Origin: Octopus vulgaris
Lineage: Eukaryota
NCBI GenBank assembly: GCA_951406725.2
Contig: OX597820.1
Coordinates: 76,074,001 to 76,138,000, forward strand
Length of the DNA: 64,000 nucleotides
Reading direction: 5' to 3'
Within the stretch, counting starts at the first letter, position 1, and every line of letters begins with the position of its first letter. Below are positions 39,018 to 53,899 of this stretch, piece by piece. The notes under the pieces are model-generated. The model searched no databases, was not told where the DNA came from, and worked only from the letters and a program-made list of their open reading frames with translations. The translations under genes were made by a program, and so were the position numbers.

Positions 39018-39455
39018 AAGGTGGCGAGTTGGCAGAATCGTTAGCACGCCGGGCGAAATGCTTAGCGGTATTTCGTCTACCGCTACGTTCTGAGTTCAAA
39101 TTCCGTCTGAGATCGACTTTGCCTTTCATCCTTTCGGAGTGAATGAAATAAGTACCAGTTACGCACTTGAGTGGATGTAATCAACTAGTCTCCTTTCCCC
39201 AAAATTTTCAAGGCCTTGTGCCTAGCGTAGAAATAATTATTTAATCGGCTTGATGGTAGACTGTTTAGTACGTTGGACATAATGCTTAGCGGCATTTCTT
39301 CAGACTTTACGTTCTGAGTTCAAATGTCACCTACATCGACTTTGCTTTTCCTCTTTCGGAGTAGATAAAATAAAGTACCTGCCACGTATAGGGTTGATTC
39401 AATGAATCATATCCCTCCCCTCAAAACTGGTGACCTTCTGATAAAAATTAGAAAG
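39018..39455 (+). mobile_element. Two tandem family A SINEs
   Basis: AAGGTGGCGAGTTGGCAGAATCGTTAGCACGCCGG head and central domain, twice. Confidence 0.75.
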
Positions 39456-39658
39456 AAATATTTCTCATTATCCGCTGGTCTAGTACTTTCCAGTGACATG
39501 GGCACTTCGCAGTTCTTTGACCAAAACATTAAAAGAAAAAAGGCATTCCTCAACAACAGGCTTTAGTCGACGACACTTGTATAAGATAGTACGCAGCGAG
39601 ATCGAAACAGGAATCAAATGGTTGGGAACATGAACACCTTACCGAAAATGCTATGCAG

Positions 39659-39983
39659 CAGTGGTTCTCAACTGTTTTTTTTCTTTTTATCCATGGGCTC
39701 CTTCCATTACTATAACCGATTTTTAAAAACTAGTTTTATAGATACTCCTTTCAAAATTCCTATTTTACTTTTCCCACATTAACTTCTGTGGGTTGAACTA
39801 TGAAACCATTAAAGAAAGAAATCCTGCTGTTTCTTGCAATAACTATATCTATAACGAAACTTTTTCATGGGCCCTAAGTATGTGACTGTGCATTCAAAAT
39901 GTACTATTTTGTTTGCGTAGATCTCACAAAATTTTACACGGACCCCACTCTGAGATCGTATGGACCTTCATTGAGAAGCACTG
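39659..39983. mobile_element. hAT (Charlie-like) MITE with 8-bp TSD
   Basis: TIRs CAGTGGTTCTCAA / TTGAGAAGCACTG; flanks CTATGCAG / CTATACAG. Confidence 0.85.
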
Positions 39984-40464
39984 CTATACAGGTTTACAGG
40001 GATCCGGGTTTAGACAAGCAGCTGCCAGAAAGGGCAGTATCTCGGTGTGTAAACAAGAGGACCGATCCCTTGTCTTTGTCTATCGTCATGAAAATTTCTA
40101 CAACACACTGGTAATGTAAGCAAAATAAAGAAGGATTGACAGAGATTAGAAATTATGTTTGTGGAATGAAGCAGACATTAGAAGAACAAAATTAAAGTTG
40201 TTTTGTACATAGAGTCGAAATCTGAGATTTTTCGGAAATTAGAATGTCCATGCTTTTCTAAGAGCCATTAGAGAAGTGCAGTGATGCGCGGTGAAGTGTA
40301 TAATTGTGCGGTTGGGAGTATATACGTATGTATGTATGTATGTATGTATGTATGTATGTATGTATGTATGTATGTATGTGTGTCTGTGTGTCTGTGTGTC
40401 TGTGTGTATGTATGTATGTGTGTCTGTGTGTATGTCTGTGTGTGTGTATGCGCGCGTGTAAAGA

Positions 40465-40506
<42 letters not shown>

Positions 40507-41100
40507 AACTGCTAACATACATACATATATACATACCCAAAAGCGAAGACACACACATACATATGTATATACAGACGCGCGCACACACACACTCAAGTAC
40601 GCACACTCACATGTGTATGTATATATATATGTATGCGTGAGTGAGTATGTGCATGAGTGAGTGTGTGTGTGTGTTTGTGCGCGTGCGTGCGTGCGTGCGT
40701 GCGTATGTATGTATGTATTTATGTATGTGTGCGCGCGTATGTGCGTGTGTACAGACAGGCAAATGTATGGAATGATCAGATGAGAGAATGAGGAAAAGTC
40801 GCCCGAAGTTTTGCAAATAACTAACTTTCATAAATGATTGTTTGGTTGTAATGGTATTTAGAAAAGATAGATGGAGAGTAAATAATTTTGAGAAGCACGC
40901 ACAAGAAGAGACTTAGGAATAAACGCATTATTTTTTTATTCCCTTACTGGTTATTCATTGCACTGTGGTCATGCTGGAGTACTGCCACAAACCATTAGAT
41001 GAGCACAGCAGCTAAATTACGTCTTTACTGATGTAAAGATTAATAGTGACATGTATGCAGTATCGCTCATGCTCCTGCACACTCACTCGTACATATGTCA

Positions 41101-41164
<64 letters not shown>

Positions 41165-41238
41165 GTGTGTGTGTGTCTTTTAATATATATGCGTGTGGAA
41201 GGTGGCAAGCTGGTAGAATAGTAAGGCTGGTAGAATAA

Positions 41239-42015
41239 GGCGGCGAGCTGGCAGAATCGTTAGTACGCCGGGCGAAATGCTTAGCGGTATTTCGTCTGCC
41301 GTTACATTCTGAGTTCAAATTCCGCCGAGGTCGACTTTGCCTTTCATCCTTTCAGGGTCGATTAAGTAAGTACTAGTTACGCACTGGAGTCGAAATAATC
41401 GACTTAATCCGTTTGTCTGTCCTTGTTTGTCCTTTCTGTGTTTATCCCCTTGTGGGTAGTAAAGAAATAGGTATTTTGTCTGCCGCTACGTTCTGAGTTC
41501 AAATTCCGCCGAGGTCGACTTTGCCTTTCATCCTTTCGGTGTCGATAAATTAAGTACCATTTACGCACTGCGGTCGATGTAATCGACTTAAACCGTTTGT
41601 CTGTCCTTGTTTGTCCTTTCTGTGTTTAGCCACATGTGGGTAGTAAAGAAATAGGTATTTCGTCTGTATTTACGGTCTGAGTTCAAATTCTGCCGAGGTC
41701 GACTTTGCCTTTTATCATTTCGGGGTCGATAAATTAAGCGCCAGTTGCGTACTGGATTGATCTAATCGACTGGCCCCCTCCCCCAAAATTCCGAGCTTTG
41801 TCCCTAGAAGATAAAAGAATCGTTAGACAGCCGGCCAAAATGTTTAGCGAAATTTCGTTCGTCGTTATGTTCTGAAGTCAAATTCCGCCGAGGTCGACTT
41901 TGCTTTTCATAATTTCGGGGTCGATAAATTAAGTACCAGTCAAGTAATGGGGTCGATGTGACCGACTTACCCTCTCCCCACAAATTTCATGCCTTGTACC
42001 TTTAGTAGAAAGGAT
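41239..42015 (+). mobile_element. Family A SINE with internal ~184-bp tandem array
   Basis: B box + central domain + GTTTGTCTGTCCTTGTTTGTCC spacer repeated from ~41288, 41471, 41654; fourth central domain at ~41870. Confidence 0.85.
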
Positions 42016-42908
42016 TATTCTGAAGGTGGCGAACTGGTAACCTTACTGGTTGCATCGATTTACACCCTCCCCCAAATATGCTGGCCTTGTGCCAAAATTT
42101 GAAACCCATATATATACGTGTGCATATCTGTGTTTGCGTTTGTGTGCGTGTCTGTGCGTGAGTGGGTATCTGTATATCTGCGTGTGTGCGTTTGTGTATG
42201 TCAATTAGTGTTTGTATACATGTGTGTGCGTGTTTGACTGAGTGTGTGTATGAGAGAGAGAGAGAGAGAGAGAATGTATGAGTGCATGAGTGACTGCGTG
42301 TGTACGTCTGTGTGTATCTGTACGAGTATGTCTGAGTACTTGCGTGTGCATGTGTGTGAGTGTGTGTGTGTGTTGTATTTCTGTGTATGTGAGTGCATAT
42401 ATATCTGTGGGTGTTATGGCCGCGCTGTGCTGTACTAACATTGGATGCCACCTTCTTTAAACGCAGTACACTTCCAACAACAGCAAACAACCGTATGAAA
42501 TGTCACTGGCATGTAAGGTCCGTACAATAAACAATGGGACACCAATATTCAAATCTCAAGCATTAGTAAATCGAGGCAAACCAAGAAGGACTTTTCCCAA
42601 AATGCCTGGTATTGTGAGCAGGCCGTGTACCACGTAATACCATAGCAAATTTCCTAAATAACGTGGCTTTCTTTTTGGGATATATCAATTTTTCTAAACG
42701 TCAACTTAATATACTTTGTTTGTTGTTTCTTCACCTGATTCTGTCTTTTGTGTTGTTTTTTTTTTGTACAAATTCGAACTATACACATCGCGCACATACG
42801 CGTACGGGCCAACGCACACACATATATACGTATGCATGTATATGCATGGATGTAAATATATACGTATATATCTGTGCTAATATATGACTATATATATGTT
42901 TGAGTTAG

Positions 42909-42969
<61 letters not shown>

Positions 42970-43154
42970 GCATTTACATACATGTTATGTTCATATACAT
43001 TTATGTATATATACGTGTGTGTGTGTTTGTGTGTGTATACATACACACACATATACATGGATGGTTAGATAAATGGAAAAATAAATGGTAGATAGCTAGA
43101 TAGCCTGATATTAGAGATATAGATCCATATATATATATATATATATATGTATGT

Positions 43155-43197
<43 letters not shown>

Positions 43198-43216
43198 TAT
43201 ATATATATATATATAT

Positions 43217-43298
<82 letters not shown>

Positions 43299-43744
43299 TC
43301 TATCTTGCTATCTCATCCTACTCAATGGACATATACGGTAGGAAATTAACGTATTTAGGATCAAGGGATAAGGAAGAAAGCATTAGGAATGCAGCTGTCT
43401 TCTGAAGTTTGCAGAGAAGGATAGATGATGGCGTATTTTGTGCTAAGAACAAAGAAGTTATTGGAATGGCGCAAACATGCTGAAAGATAAACTTCCGGTG
43501 GAGACACAGCGGCTCATCGGTTAAAGTTAATGAATCGGATAAAGTAATTTTGGTTGGAATTTTGGTATGGAATAGAGGACTTCGTTAAGAATGTTGGATA
43601 TGCAATATAGCAAAGCACTACCGGTTAAATTTCGTGACATTTTGTTCTCATTTTTCTTTGTTTCCCCGCTGTTGTCATACATTTCTACTACCATGGTGTA
43701 TATGCCTTCATAAAACCCACGTAAACACATACTATATATGTGTG

Positions 43745-43796
<52 letters not shown>

Positions 43797-43851
43797 CTTA
43801 TTAAAAATATATTACATCATATATATATATATATAAATCCGTTTCTGTAGG

Positions 43852-43977
<126 letters not shown>

Positions 43978-44471
43978 TGAGAGAGAGAGAGGTAGAGAGG
44001 GAGATAGATAGATACATACATACATACATATTCACATATATTGCACAACCTAACATTTTAGATCCAATATGGATTGCACAACACCTCATAGCACTTCTCC
44101 ACTCCATTGACATGATCCAGAGACAAGCCATAGCAAGATATTCAGTGCGAATATGGATTGCAGTCTAAAGAATGTGAGGGCAGCATTATCTCAACCACAA
44201 GCAAAAGGCCCCCAAAATGGTGGATAACATTTCCTGCATTGCTGGATGTATAACACACTGACCTTCAAGAAACACGCTTTAACAGTAAGTGGTGTCTCAT
44301 TCCAAATACGTATGGATGGATGGATTAATGGATTGATGGATTGATGGATGGATAGTTGCAGGCATGGTTGTGTGGTTTCGGATTCAATCCTACAGCACAG
44401 CATTTTGTGCAAGTGTCTTTCATAACCCCGGGCCAGGCAATACTTTGTAAATGAACTTGGTAGACATATTA

Positions 44472-44746
44472 TATGGGGTTGCACCTAAGAAGTTACCCTC
44501 CCAGGCACAAGTCCGGGCAAGGTCGTTTTTATGGAAGACCAGCAGTCGCCCATGCATACCGGTCTCCCCTCTCCACGCCACCGGATTATCCAAGGGAAAG
44601 GCAAGGGCCGACACAGCCTGGCACCTGCAACGTCGCAACTCACAACGTGAAATGAAGTTGAACACAACACGCAACCAGGTCCGGTATTCGAACTCACAGC
44701 CTCGCGATCGTAAGCTCGACGCTCTAACCACTGAGCCATGCTCCTT
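44472..44746 (-). mobile_element. tRNA-derived SINE (family C), nested in a family B copy
   Basis: TGGCTCAGTGG A box, GAGTTCGAATACC B box; highly similar to 62596-62937. Confidence 0.8.
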
Positions 44747-44962
44747 CATATTATATATACTTATATATAATATGTAATGTGTGTCTGTGGGTCGTTGTTT
44801 GCCTCTTCCTCCTCCACTGATTGACAAACGTTGTCAGTTTCGCTTCCCGTGAACTTGCAAAATATGACGGATGTGATGGATTTGTTTGTCTAATCACTTC
44901 CAGAGAGAAAAGAAAAGGTAAAAGATATAGCAAGAGAGAAAAAGAGTGGTACATACATTGCA

Positions 44963-44995
<33 letters not shown>

Positions 44996-45216
44996 TCTTT
45001 TATTCTTTTACTTGCTTGAGTCATTTGACCGCGGCCATGCTGGAGCATCACCTTTAGTCGAACAAATCGGTCCGAGGACTTATTCTCTTTAAGCCGAGTA
45101 CTTTTCTATCGGTCACTGAACCATGTGGTTGGTAATCAAGCTTCTTACCATACAGCGATTCCTGCACCTATATACACACACACATACATACATACAAGCA
45201 TACATACATACATACA

Positions 45217-45311
<95 letters not shown>

Positions 45312-45319
45312 TTAAGTAT

Positions 45320-45736
45320 TTTAATAACCATGTTATCTAACCGGCAAAAATCACTGCAGAAAATTATTTTCTGCAAAATTATTTCCTGTATTCTGGTGCG
45401 CCAAAACAAGGGCTTTTGTAATATAACCCCAAATGTAATTGGTGGAACTATATGCATGTTCAATCTCATGCGGACGCCCCGTGTATAGTTCTGCAAATTA
45501 TATTTTGCTATGACAATCACACTGATGAATTGCGGATATTTACGTAAGTATTAGGTAAGTGGTTACAATGAAATCGGGTTTGTGATTAATCTTTATATTT
45601 TGTATCTTTTCATTTGTCTTGCTCGCTTACGTTCTGGTGTTTGCTGAATTTTCTTGGGAACAATCTTTTCTTAGTTGTCAGACCATATGTAGTCTATCTG
45701 TAACCTAATGGATGTCCACTTAGTGGTCATCCCTCT

Positions 45737-45742
<6 letters not shown>
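45320..45742 (+). mobile_element. Family H6 copy in (TA)n with partially deleted hammerhead
   Basis: CTAACCGGC..CACTGCAG..TGCGGACG..CTGCAAATTATATT..CACTGATGA..AGACCATA..TGTCCAC.TAGTGGT colinear with the reverse complement of 35410-35830. Confidence 0.6.
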
Positions 45743-45822
<80 letters not shown>

Positions 45823-46044
45823 CATATATATATATACATGTATGTTTGTATGTATATCTGTGAGTGTATACTGTGTGTATGCCTGTGTGTAATACCTTTA
45901 CGTATATGTGTATATGTAAGGAAAAAGCTTATTCCCTAACCATGCGATCATAGGTTCAGTTCGACTGTGTGTCACTTTGGACAAATGTCTTCTACCGTAG
46001 ACTCGGGCTGACAAAATCTATATGAATGTATCTGGTAGAGGGAA

Positions 46045-46335
46045 ACTGAAAGGCAATGTTCCACTCTCTTTTCGCTTCTTTCTCAGAGCTGGTGGATTCA
46101 ACAGTCAAACTCGAACACTCGACTCGCCATTATATCACTACTTCTGGACAACCCGTTTTTCGCATCCTCGGCGACTCACCCCTGATCGGCTCAAAAAGGC
46201 TCGATCTGAGTTTGAGCATATGCTTCACCTCGGCCTTATTCGCCCCTCCACTAACCTTTGGGCATCTCCTCTTCATTTGGCACGGAAAGGGGATTAAGAT
46301 TTTCGTCCGGTGGGGGATTACAGACGTTAGAATGT
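46045..46335 (+). mobile_element. Gypsy/Ty3 LTR retrotransposon pol (RT N-terminus) fragment
   Basis: HYITTSGQPVF / PRRLTPDRLKKARSEFEHMLHLGLIRPS.NLWASPLHL.RK..DFRPVGDYRRL with frameshift and stop. Confidence 0.85.
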
Positions 46336-46731
46336 CTTGCTCTCATCCATATATTACGATTCATAACATAATGTTTAAGCATGCCGTAAGCTGTTCATTT
46401 GGACGTATCCATGGTATTGCTAACCATTTCCTAAAGTGGGGTCCGTGAAAAAATTCTAAGGTCTCACGGATTAAGATGTCATTTAATAAAATGTAGTAAA
46501 ACGTATGTTTATAAAAACATACACACAGAAGGTGAGGGAACATGTCATTGAAGAGGTCACAAATGGAAACGAAAAGACTTCGACGGATATGTCTGATTGA
46601 TTGACTAGTCAAATGATTAACTAAGTGATTGATTAGTTAATTGGTTGAATAGTTAACCAGTGAGCGAATAAGAAAGAAGCAAAATAGGACCAGTGCATGG
46701 TTTTAATACTGGTATAATGGATCTTCCAAAG

Positions 46732-46776
<45 letters not shown>

Positions 46777-46939
46777 GATGGTGTTCTCCATTTTCAAAAT
46801 GGGATTTTATATGTCTTTTTATAGATATCAATAAATTCTCTCCCGAAAACATTCGTGTCTCATTTAGTGTATTCTGGAATTGAAAGCTATGTTGCTTTGT
46901 TTAAACAATACAAGTACATGGGCCGAGTTTTGCAAAATC

Positions 46940-47231
46940 CTATAAGTCTTCCACTTCTAAACACATCTGTGGGCTGCAATTAGCTTTTCGGTAGGCTATC
47001 AAGAGTTGATAGACTAACTCCATCATTACTGATTCTGAACCTAGAAGACAACAAACTATGATGGAAATATCTGTACTCTTACTGGCTCTTTCCATAATTA
47101 CCAAAGTTGCAATTTTTTCTTTGCGTTTCGGGGACGAAGGCTGTGGTGATGATAATAGTTCTGGTGGTGGAGGCCACTCAGCTTCCTGTACCTGTTCCTT
47201 CTCCAGGCGGTAAACTTCAGCCAGCCGAAAA
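46940..47231 (-). CDS. Possible host-gene exon (unassigned)
   Basis: Non-repetitive ~96-codon open frame FRLAEVYRLEKEQVQEAEWPPPPELLSSPQPSSPKRKEK..., preceded by a pyrimidine-rich stretch and CAG; no family recognised. Confidence 0.25.
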
Positions 47232-48190
47232 CTGTTCGTTTGAGTAGTAAGTGAAGTAACATAAGTTCATAGGCACTCTAAGCAATATTGCAAATGTAGC
47301 TTAGCAATATTTTGCCTCAACGATACAATATTCACACAATATAATGTGACATAATATAATAAATATAATATAATATAGCGTATTGGAATTATAATATAAC
47401 ATAAATAAAACATAATAGCATAAAGTAGAATGAGAAACATTTAGCCGTTAGCAAAAGACCAGTTGGAAATAACATCCGTTATTTTTCAAATTTATTTTCC
47501 TACTTTTGACCGTTTACATGGTTTCTTTTCAATATTTTAGTTTTTACATGTATATTTTTAAAAATATGAAGTGCATATTAGAGGTATCGATGATGGGTAT
47601 GTAAGTACGTCTATAATGTTTGAAAATGCGATATCGGTGGATATATGTATAAAGCGACAAATAAATTTAAAAATGAAGAAATATGGCTGAGGGAGTTTTG
47701 AGTCATATATCACTTATAAAAGACTTTCTTCAGGCAACGCATTGATTGTTTTGACAGGCAATGGTTTCTTTTTTTTTTTTTTTTTTCTATGGTATCCCAT
47801 TAAGAGCTATATTTAATTATTTAATTATAGTATATTGCTGAATTTTTTTAATGTCAATATCAAAAATCTTATAAAAATATGGCAATGAAAATTTTCAAAA
47901 ATTTCATGAATGAAGGGGGAAAATTATGATAAAAGCTTTAAATAAGTTATATATATATTACGACGTTGGCAAAATATTGGGTGTGATAATAGAAAGAGAT
48001 GAAGAGAGATGGAGAAATACTTGGGGAATGAGGGGAAACGAGGTGAGAAGGCTGAAGAGAATATAAGCGCCAGAAGACATATATACATACACGTATACGT
48101 GTGTAAGCATATATGTGTGTATGTATGTTTGTATGCATGCTTGTATGAATGCATGCATATATGTATACACACACCTATATATACATACAT

Positions 48191-48264
<74 letters not shown>

Positions 48265-48969
48265 TCAGGTGTCGGGGGATGGGTTCAGTGCAAGACAGTG
48301 AGAAAGAAGAAATAAAAGGAAAAATTATGCCAGACTTGTACAGTAAACTCACAGACACACACATGCGCACACACACAAACAGACATAAACAAACACCCAT
48401 ATATTTATATAGATATATACCTTCCTGCATCAAGCTTATACATATGAATTTATAAATTTATATATATATATATATATATACATACACACACATACACACA
48501 TGTATATTTATACATTCATAAATATATATAGATAGATATAGAGAGAAGGAGAAAGAGAGAGAGAAAGAGAGAGAGGGAGAGAGAGAGAGAGAAAGGCAGG
48601 GATGTACAGTGGTACAGAGGCTTACATACGTTCGTCTACAAATATTAAAAATGCCATTCCCTACTAAAAACAAAATATAAAGAAAATAACGGTAAATAAA
48701 AGTTAGAAAAAAAAAAAACCTATCGTGTCGGATCCTCTAAGTGAAACCGAAATCATTATATATTTTTTATATTTTTGTAAAAGAATTCTTGTGCACCCTT
48801 CTTCGCAGGGCCAATATGCATTTGTGTGAGTTAATGCTTGGCCTTGAGGTATCTATTACACCTTCAGGCACGCATTAACAATGATTTCGTGTTGTTGTCT
48901 ATGTATTTATTCTGGCAATTTCTATTATTTACATATTTACATCAATTTCTATAATATCCTCGGTCCACC

Positions 48970-49184
48970 ATAACCACCGCCGCCGCCAGAACTACAACCA
49001 CCACCACCATCGCCACCATCACCTTCGAAATCATGGCTACCGCAACAATCACGGCAACAAACCAGTATGACACCCACCATCCCAACTATCATCATCATCA
49101 ACACTACTACTACTACTACCACCACCACCACCACCACCACCACCACCACTACTACTACTACTACCACCACCACCACCACCACCT

Positions 49185-49217
<33 letters not shown>

Positions 49218-49319
49218 ATAATAATAATAATAATAATACTGCTACTGCTACTCCTACTGCTGCTGCAGCTACTAATACTACTACTACAGCTACTACTACT
49301 GCTGCTACTGCTGCTGCAG

Positions 49320-49376
<57 letters not shown>

Positions 49377-49555
49377 TTTTTTGCTACTGCTCCTGCTAAA
49401 TACTTCAGAAACAGTTATTTTTATTATAATTATTGTCGTCGTCGTCGTTGTTGTTGTTGTTGTTGTTGTTCTTCTTCTTCTTCTTCTTCTTCATAAACAT
49501 TATCATCATCATCATCATCATTATCATCATCATCATCATCATTATTATTATTATT
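48970..49555. repeat. Compound trinucleotide microsatellite (CAC/TAC/GCT/GTT/CTT/CAT)
   Basis: Direct inspection. Confidence 0.9.
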
Positions 49556-49957
49556 GCATTTGTTACAGATATTATTATTCATGTATTGAATCACTGTGCA
49601 TTCAAGTCATTGATATTGTTACTGCTATTGCCATCAATCAATATTGCAAAATTTGCTGTCGTACACATGCACACAAACATACATACATGCATGAATGCGC
49701 GTGGATGTGTATGCGTATATAGTAAGTATAAATATTAATTTAATAAATACATATTTATACCTATTATACATTATGTATCTATGTATACACACACACACAC
49801 ATTTGCTCACACAACAGACAACTGCTTGTATATAATTGCATTATTTATATGTGATGTATATAAATACATACATACGTTATATGTTTGTATATATTATATA
49901 TATATATATATACCTATAGATAGAGAGACAGATAAATAGATAGACAGACAGATAGAC

Positions 49958-50030
<73 letters not shown>

Positions 50031-50541
50031 TACATTTACACATACACCAGACGTCTGTTTCAAGTTATCTACCATTCTTGCCTAGCAACGCTGTATATCC
50101 TCCCCTATTTTTTTTTCGTCTTTAATAAAAGTCTGCCAGTGATGATGAACTTTTAATTGCGATATTTCAGTTTGAAGTGACAACAGAGATACAAATTTTC
50201 GCTACTGCAATTCATGCTTCTGTTGTTATTTTAAAACTCTGTTTTTGAATATTAGCTCTTTTTTGTGTTGCTGTTGTTTTGTCTTTTTATTTTAAAATTT
50301 TGTTTCCTTTTACATTGTTTTGTTTTTTTCTACCTAATATTATATATACGAAAGTGTGAAAATCTGCTTTTGAGGTTTTGTAAAATATTAATGTTGATCT
50401 GTAAACATAGTTTCTTTTAAATTTTATTCTTTTGTTCAATTACAGTTTGAAACCATTATTGTTGCTGTTATTATTATTATCATTATATTTATTATTATTA
50501 TTATTATTATTATAGTTATTATTATTATTATTATTATTATT

Positions 50542-50576
<35 letters not shown>

Positions 50577-50616
50577 TATTATTATTATTATTATAATAAT
50601 AATAATAATAATAATA

Positions 50617-50661
<45 letters not shown>

Positions 50662-50776
50662 TTTATTATTGTTATCATTATTATCATCATCATTATCAGG
50701 GATCCCCTTCCCTGCATGAAGTGAAGAATCTTGGTCATTTCAGACATTTTAGAAATTTATTTTCAATTATTATTAC

Positions 50777-50854
<78 letters not shown>

Positions 50855-52539
50855 GATTATTATTATTATTATTATTATTTGTTTAACTTTAGTCTGGAAT
50901 GGTTATTATAGGCAGATAGACAATATATTCTCCCTTTTTCCCCCCACAAAAGTTCAATTGAATGGAACAGCATCGAAAGCAAACATAAAGAGAAAGAAAG
51001 TAAAATTTAATGCCTCAGCAAAGTTTAATAATTTTACATGAACACACACATACACACACATATATATATACATATATATACATATGTATATATGTATGTA
51101 TATATATACATATATATATACATATATATACAAATATATACATATATATACAAATATATACATATATATACAAATATATGTACATATACAAATATATGTA
51201 CATATACATACACATATGCATACATATATGCATGTATACTTCATAGAAAACTTTGGAATACAGATTAGCAACGGCATCGCAAAATAACGTCTCTCTGTCT
51301 TTCTCTGTCTCTCGCTCTCTCTCACTCTCTCTCTCTCTCTCTCTCCGTCTGTCACTTCTATAAGCACACATACACATGCGTATGAACAGCCATACCAAAA
51401 ATTGTTTTGTCGAATATAAAAACTGAAAAAATTTGCAAAGTAAACATTTTTGTTAATATGGAGTTTCTGTACTTGAAACTAATCCGCTGTAAGATAAAGG
51501 ATTGACTGTGGCGTGTCTTAAATATCTTTCTTCTTTATTCATAAAGTCAGGTACTGACTAAGTACTAGAGTACCAAAGACCCGATTGTTTCCTCCGGCAG
51601 CAATGTATGCATTTGTCATATAAAATAGATATATATATATAACCGCGCTAGAAAAAAGATTAGAAAGCTCTAACACATATTATTAGTAACATAATCGTCT
51701 CTGTCCTAATCTTCCATAAATCACGAATAGTTAAATAAACATTTAACAAAAAAATATGTTGAAGAATCTAACAAATAATTTTGAAGTTTCACTAACATCA
51801 ACAACAAAACTCGCGTTGAGGCAGGCATTGTAAACTGCTATAGTAATGTTGGAGGGAGTTCAACCTCCGCTGTAGAAACATAATTTTTAGATTTAGTACA
51901 GTCCTCAGCAAAATAGTAGGTAGGAGGATTTAGTTAGGCCGAATAATGTCATTTTGTCACATTATTGAATCCGAGAAAGACCAATACAAAATGTACGGCA
52001 GCGATAACGAATTACCGGCATTTAGTCGTAATGGGAGAAAAGTTTGCAACCCTTTCAAGGACATAGATTTGCTCCAAGAAAAATTTTAAGCAAACCGAAA
52101 TTATCAAATACACGCAAGTATATATACTTATGCTCCAGTATCTCGCGTAGAGAAGTACAAGGATGATAATTAGGGACACTGGAAATGCTGTAGATCTGTG
52201 GCTTGTCGCCGCTTTTGTATCAAAGTATTTGGTCAGTTAAAGCAGGGGTGATAAGAGGAAATGTGAGGTCAGTGGTGGGGTGTCAAAATGGATTTATAAG
52301 TCCTAATATAGGTCGAAGCTCATCTGTTAATATCAGAGAGGTGCCTAGAAGAAAGTGCTTGGAAAAAAGGGTGGAAGACTAGAGGTGATGGGCAAAAGAT
52401 TAGGTTGGAATACATATTGTAGTAAGAAACATTTCATCCTGAAATCTTTTCAGTTCTTCATGGCAAAGTACTGAAGAAATTTAGGAGAGTCGCGGAGGGC
52501 AACATCTTGCAAAAAGCAAATAATACCATTGGCTCTTTC

Positions 52540-52756
52540 TCTTTACTTGTTTCAGTCATTTGACTGTGGCCATGCTGAAGCACCGCCCTAGGTCGAGCAA
52601 ATCGACCCCAGGACTTATTCTTTGTAAGCCTAGTACTTATTCTATCGGTCTCTTTTGCCGAACTGCTAAGTTACGGGGACGTAAACACACCAACATCGGC
52701 TGTCAAGCGATGTTGGAGGGGAGACAAACACAGACACACAAACATATACACACAAT

Positions 52757-52812
<56 letters not shown>

Positions 52813-52860
52813 CAGATATATATATATATATACATATACACGACGGGCTTCTTTCAGTTT
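52540..52860 (-). mobile_element. SINE family B, 3' two-thirds
   Basis: Tail and body match 9376-9785; further copies near 4870, 6570, 34830, 36010, 36620, 38660, 44995. Confidence 0.8.
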
Positions 52861-53254
52861 GTAAAAGACATCTAATTATGTACGACTGAAACAGTCTTAT
52901 CTTGTTGAGGTTATGCGTTGTTTTCTACCTCAAACCCACCTTCAGTAACACTTGTAGGCGAATTAGGGATGTGGAGTGATGTAATTCGACCTAACAAGCA
53001 GTTTTCTCGAACGTTGTGGACGAAAATCGAAAACATGTCTTATTTTCTTTTAATTATATAATGTTTGCATTTATTTTGTTTAATCACTTTTAGAAATTTT
53101 AAATTTATCTTTAATGATGTAATGTCTTTCCTCCCTCACCACCATTACGTAATATTTTTCCACCCTGAAAGCTCCCCGTTTAACTCATGTTAAAGTATGC
53201 AATAGTTTCTATGCATTTTTTAAAAATCGTTTGCCTTGCCTCCATATTATATTA

Positions 53255-53768
53255 CCGTAAGTCCTCGAGTATAATCCGCATTTTTTGCGCAAAAATTTAA
53301 AGGTCAAAATCCCTAGTGCTTATTATACATGAGGTTAAAAATGAAATTTTTTTTCTTAGCAATGTCCGAGTCTCTATTTGCTGTCCGGTAATGTTTATTC
53401 AGACGCATTTTGTGATGTCGGGCTCGAAAATAACTTAAGCCAAAGCCTGAAAGCAATGAAGTCATAAAAGAATCATTCATAACTTGCAGTAAGCAACATT
53501 TATTAAACGTGATTACTGTTATTTCTTTATTTTCTGCAAACAAAATGCACAAAAATGCTACACGTTTGCTTTATGTTATGTATACAATAATAATAAATGA
53601 CGTTACTGTATACAGTTTTACAAACAAAGGTCGTTATATAGACCTCCTTGACTCAAGTTAGAGAAGGGGTACGTATTATGCACAAGGTTTAGGTATTTCA
53701 GAGGTACAGTCCCCTAAAAATCCCCTGCGTATTATACTCAAGGGCGGACTATACTTGAGGATTCACGG
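53255..53768. mobile_element. pogo/Tc2-like MITE with TA TSD
   Basis: TA|CCGTAAGTCCTCGAGTATAATCCGC ... GCGGACTATACTTGAGGATTCACGG|TA. Confidence 0.85.
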
Positions 53769-53899
53769 TATATAACGTCTTTCATCCTCTCTCGTCCCTT
53801 TTATATAAAACCTGTTGGAACCACCCGGTACGTCTCTGTAACATCACCGTCACAGGCTTCATTGTAAACCTTGCGGTTAATAAAGAAAACATCATTGAC

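Noticed and set aside
41239-42015. CRISPR-like regularly spaced repeat
   Set aside because: The whole ~184-bp unit repeats with no unique spacers and no cas genes; eukaryotic SINE context.
43485-43525. CCGATGA-CCG..CGG motif on minus strand
   Set aside because: No GAAA or cleavage triplet in register; single copy in the window.
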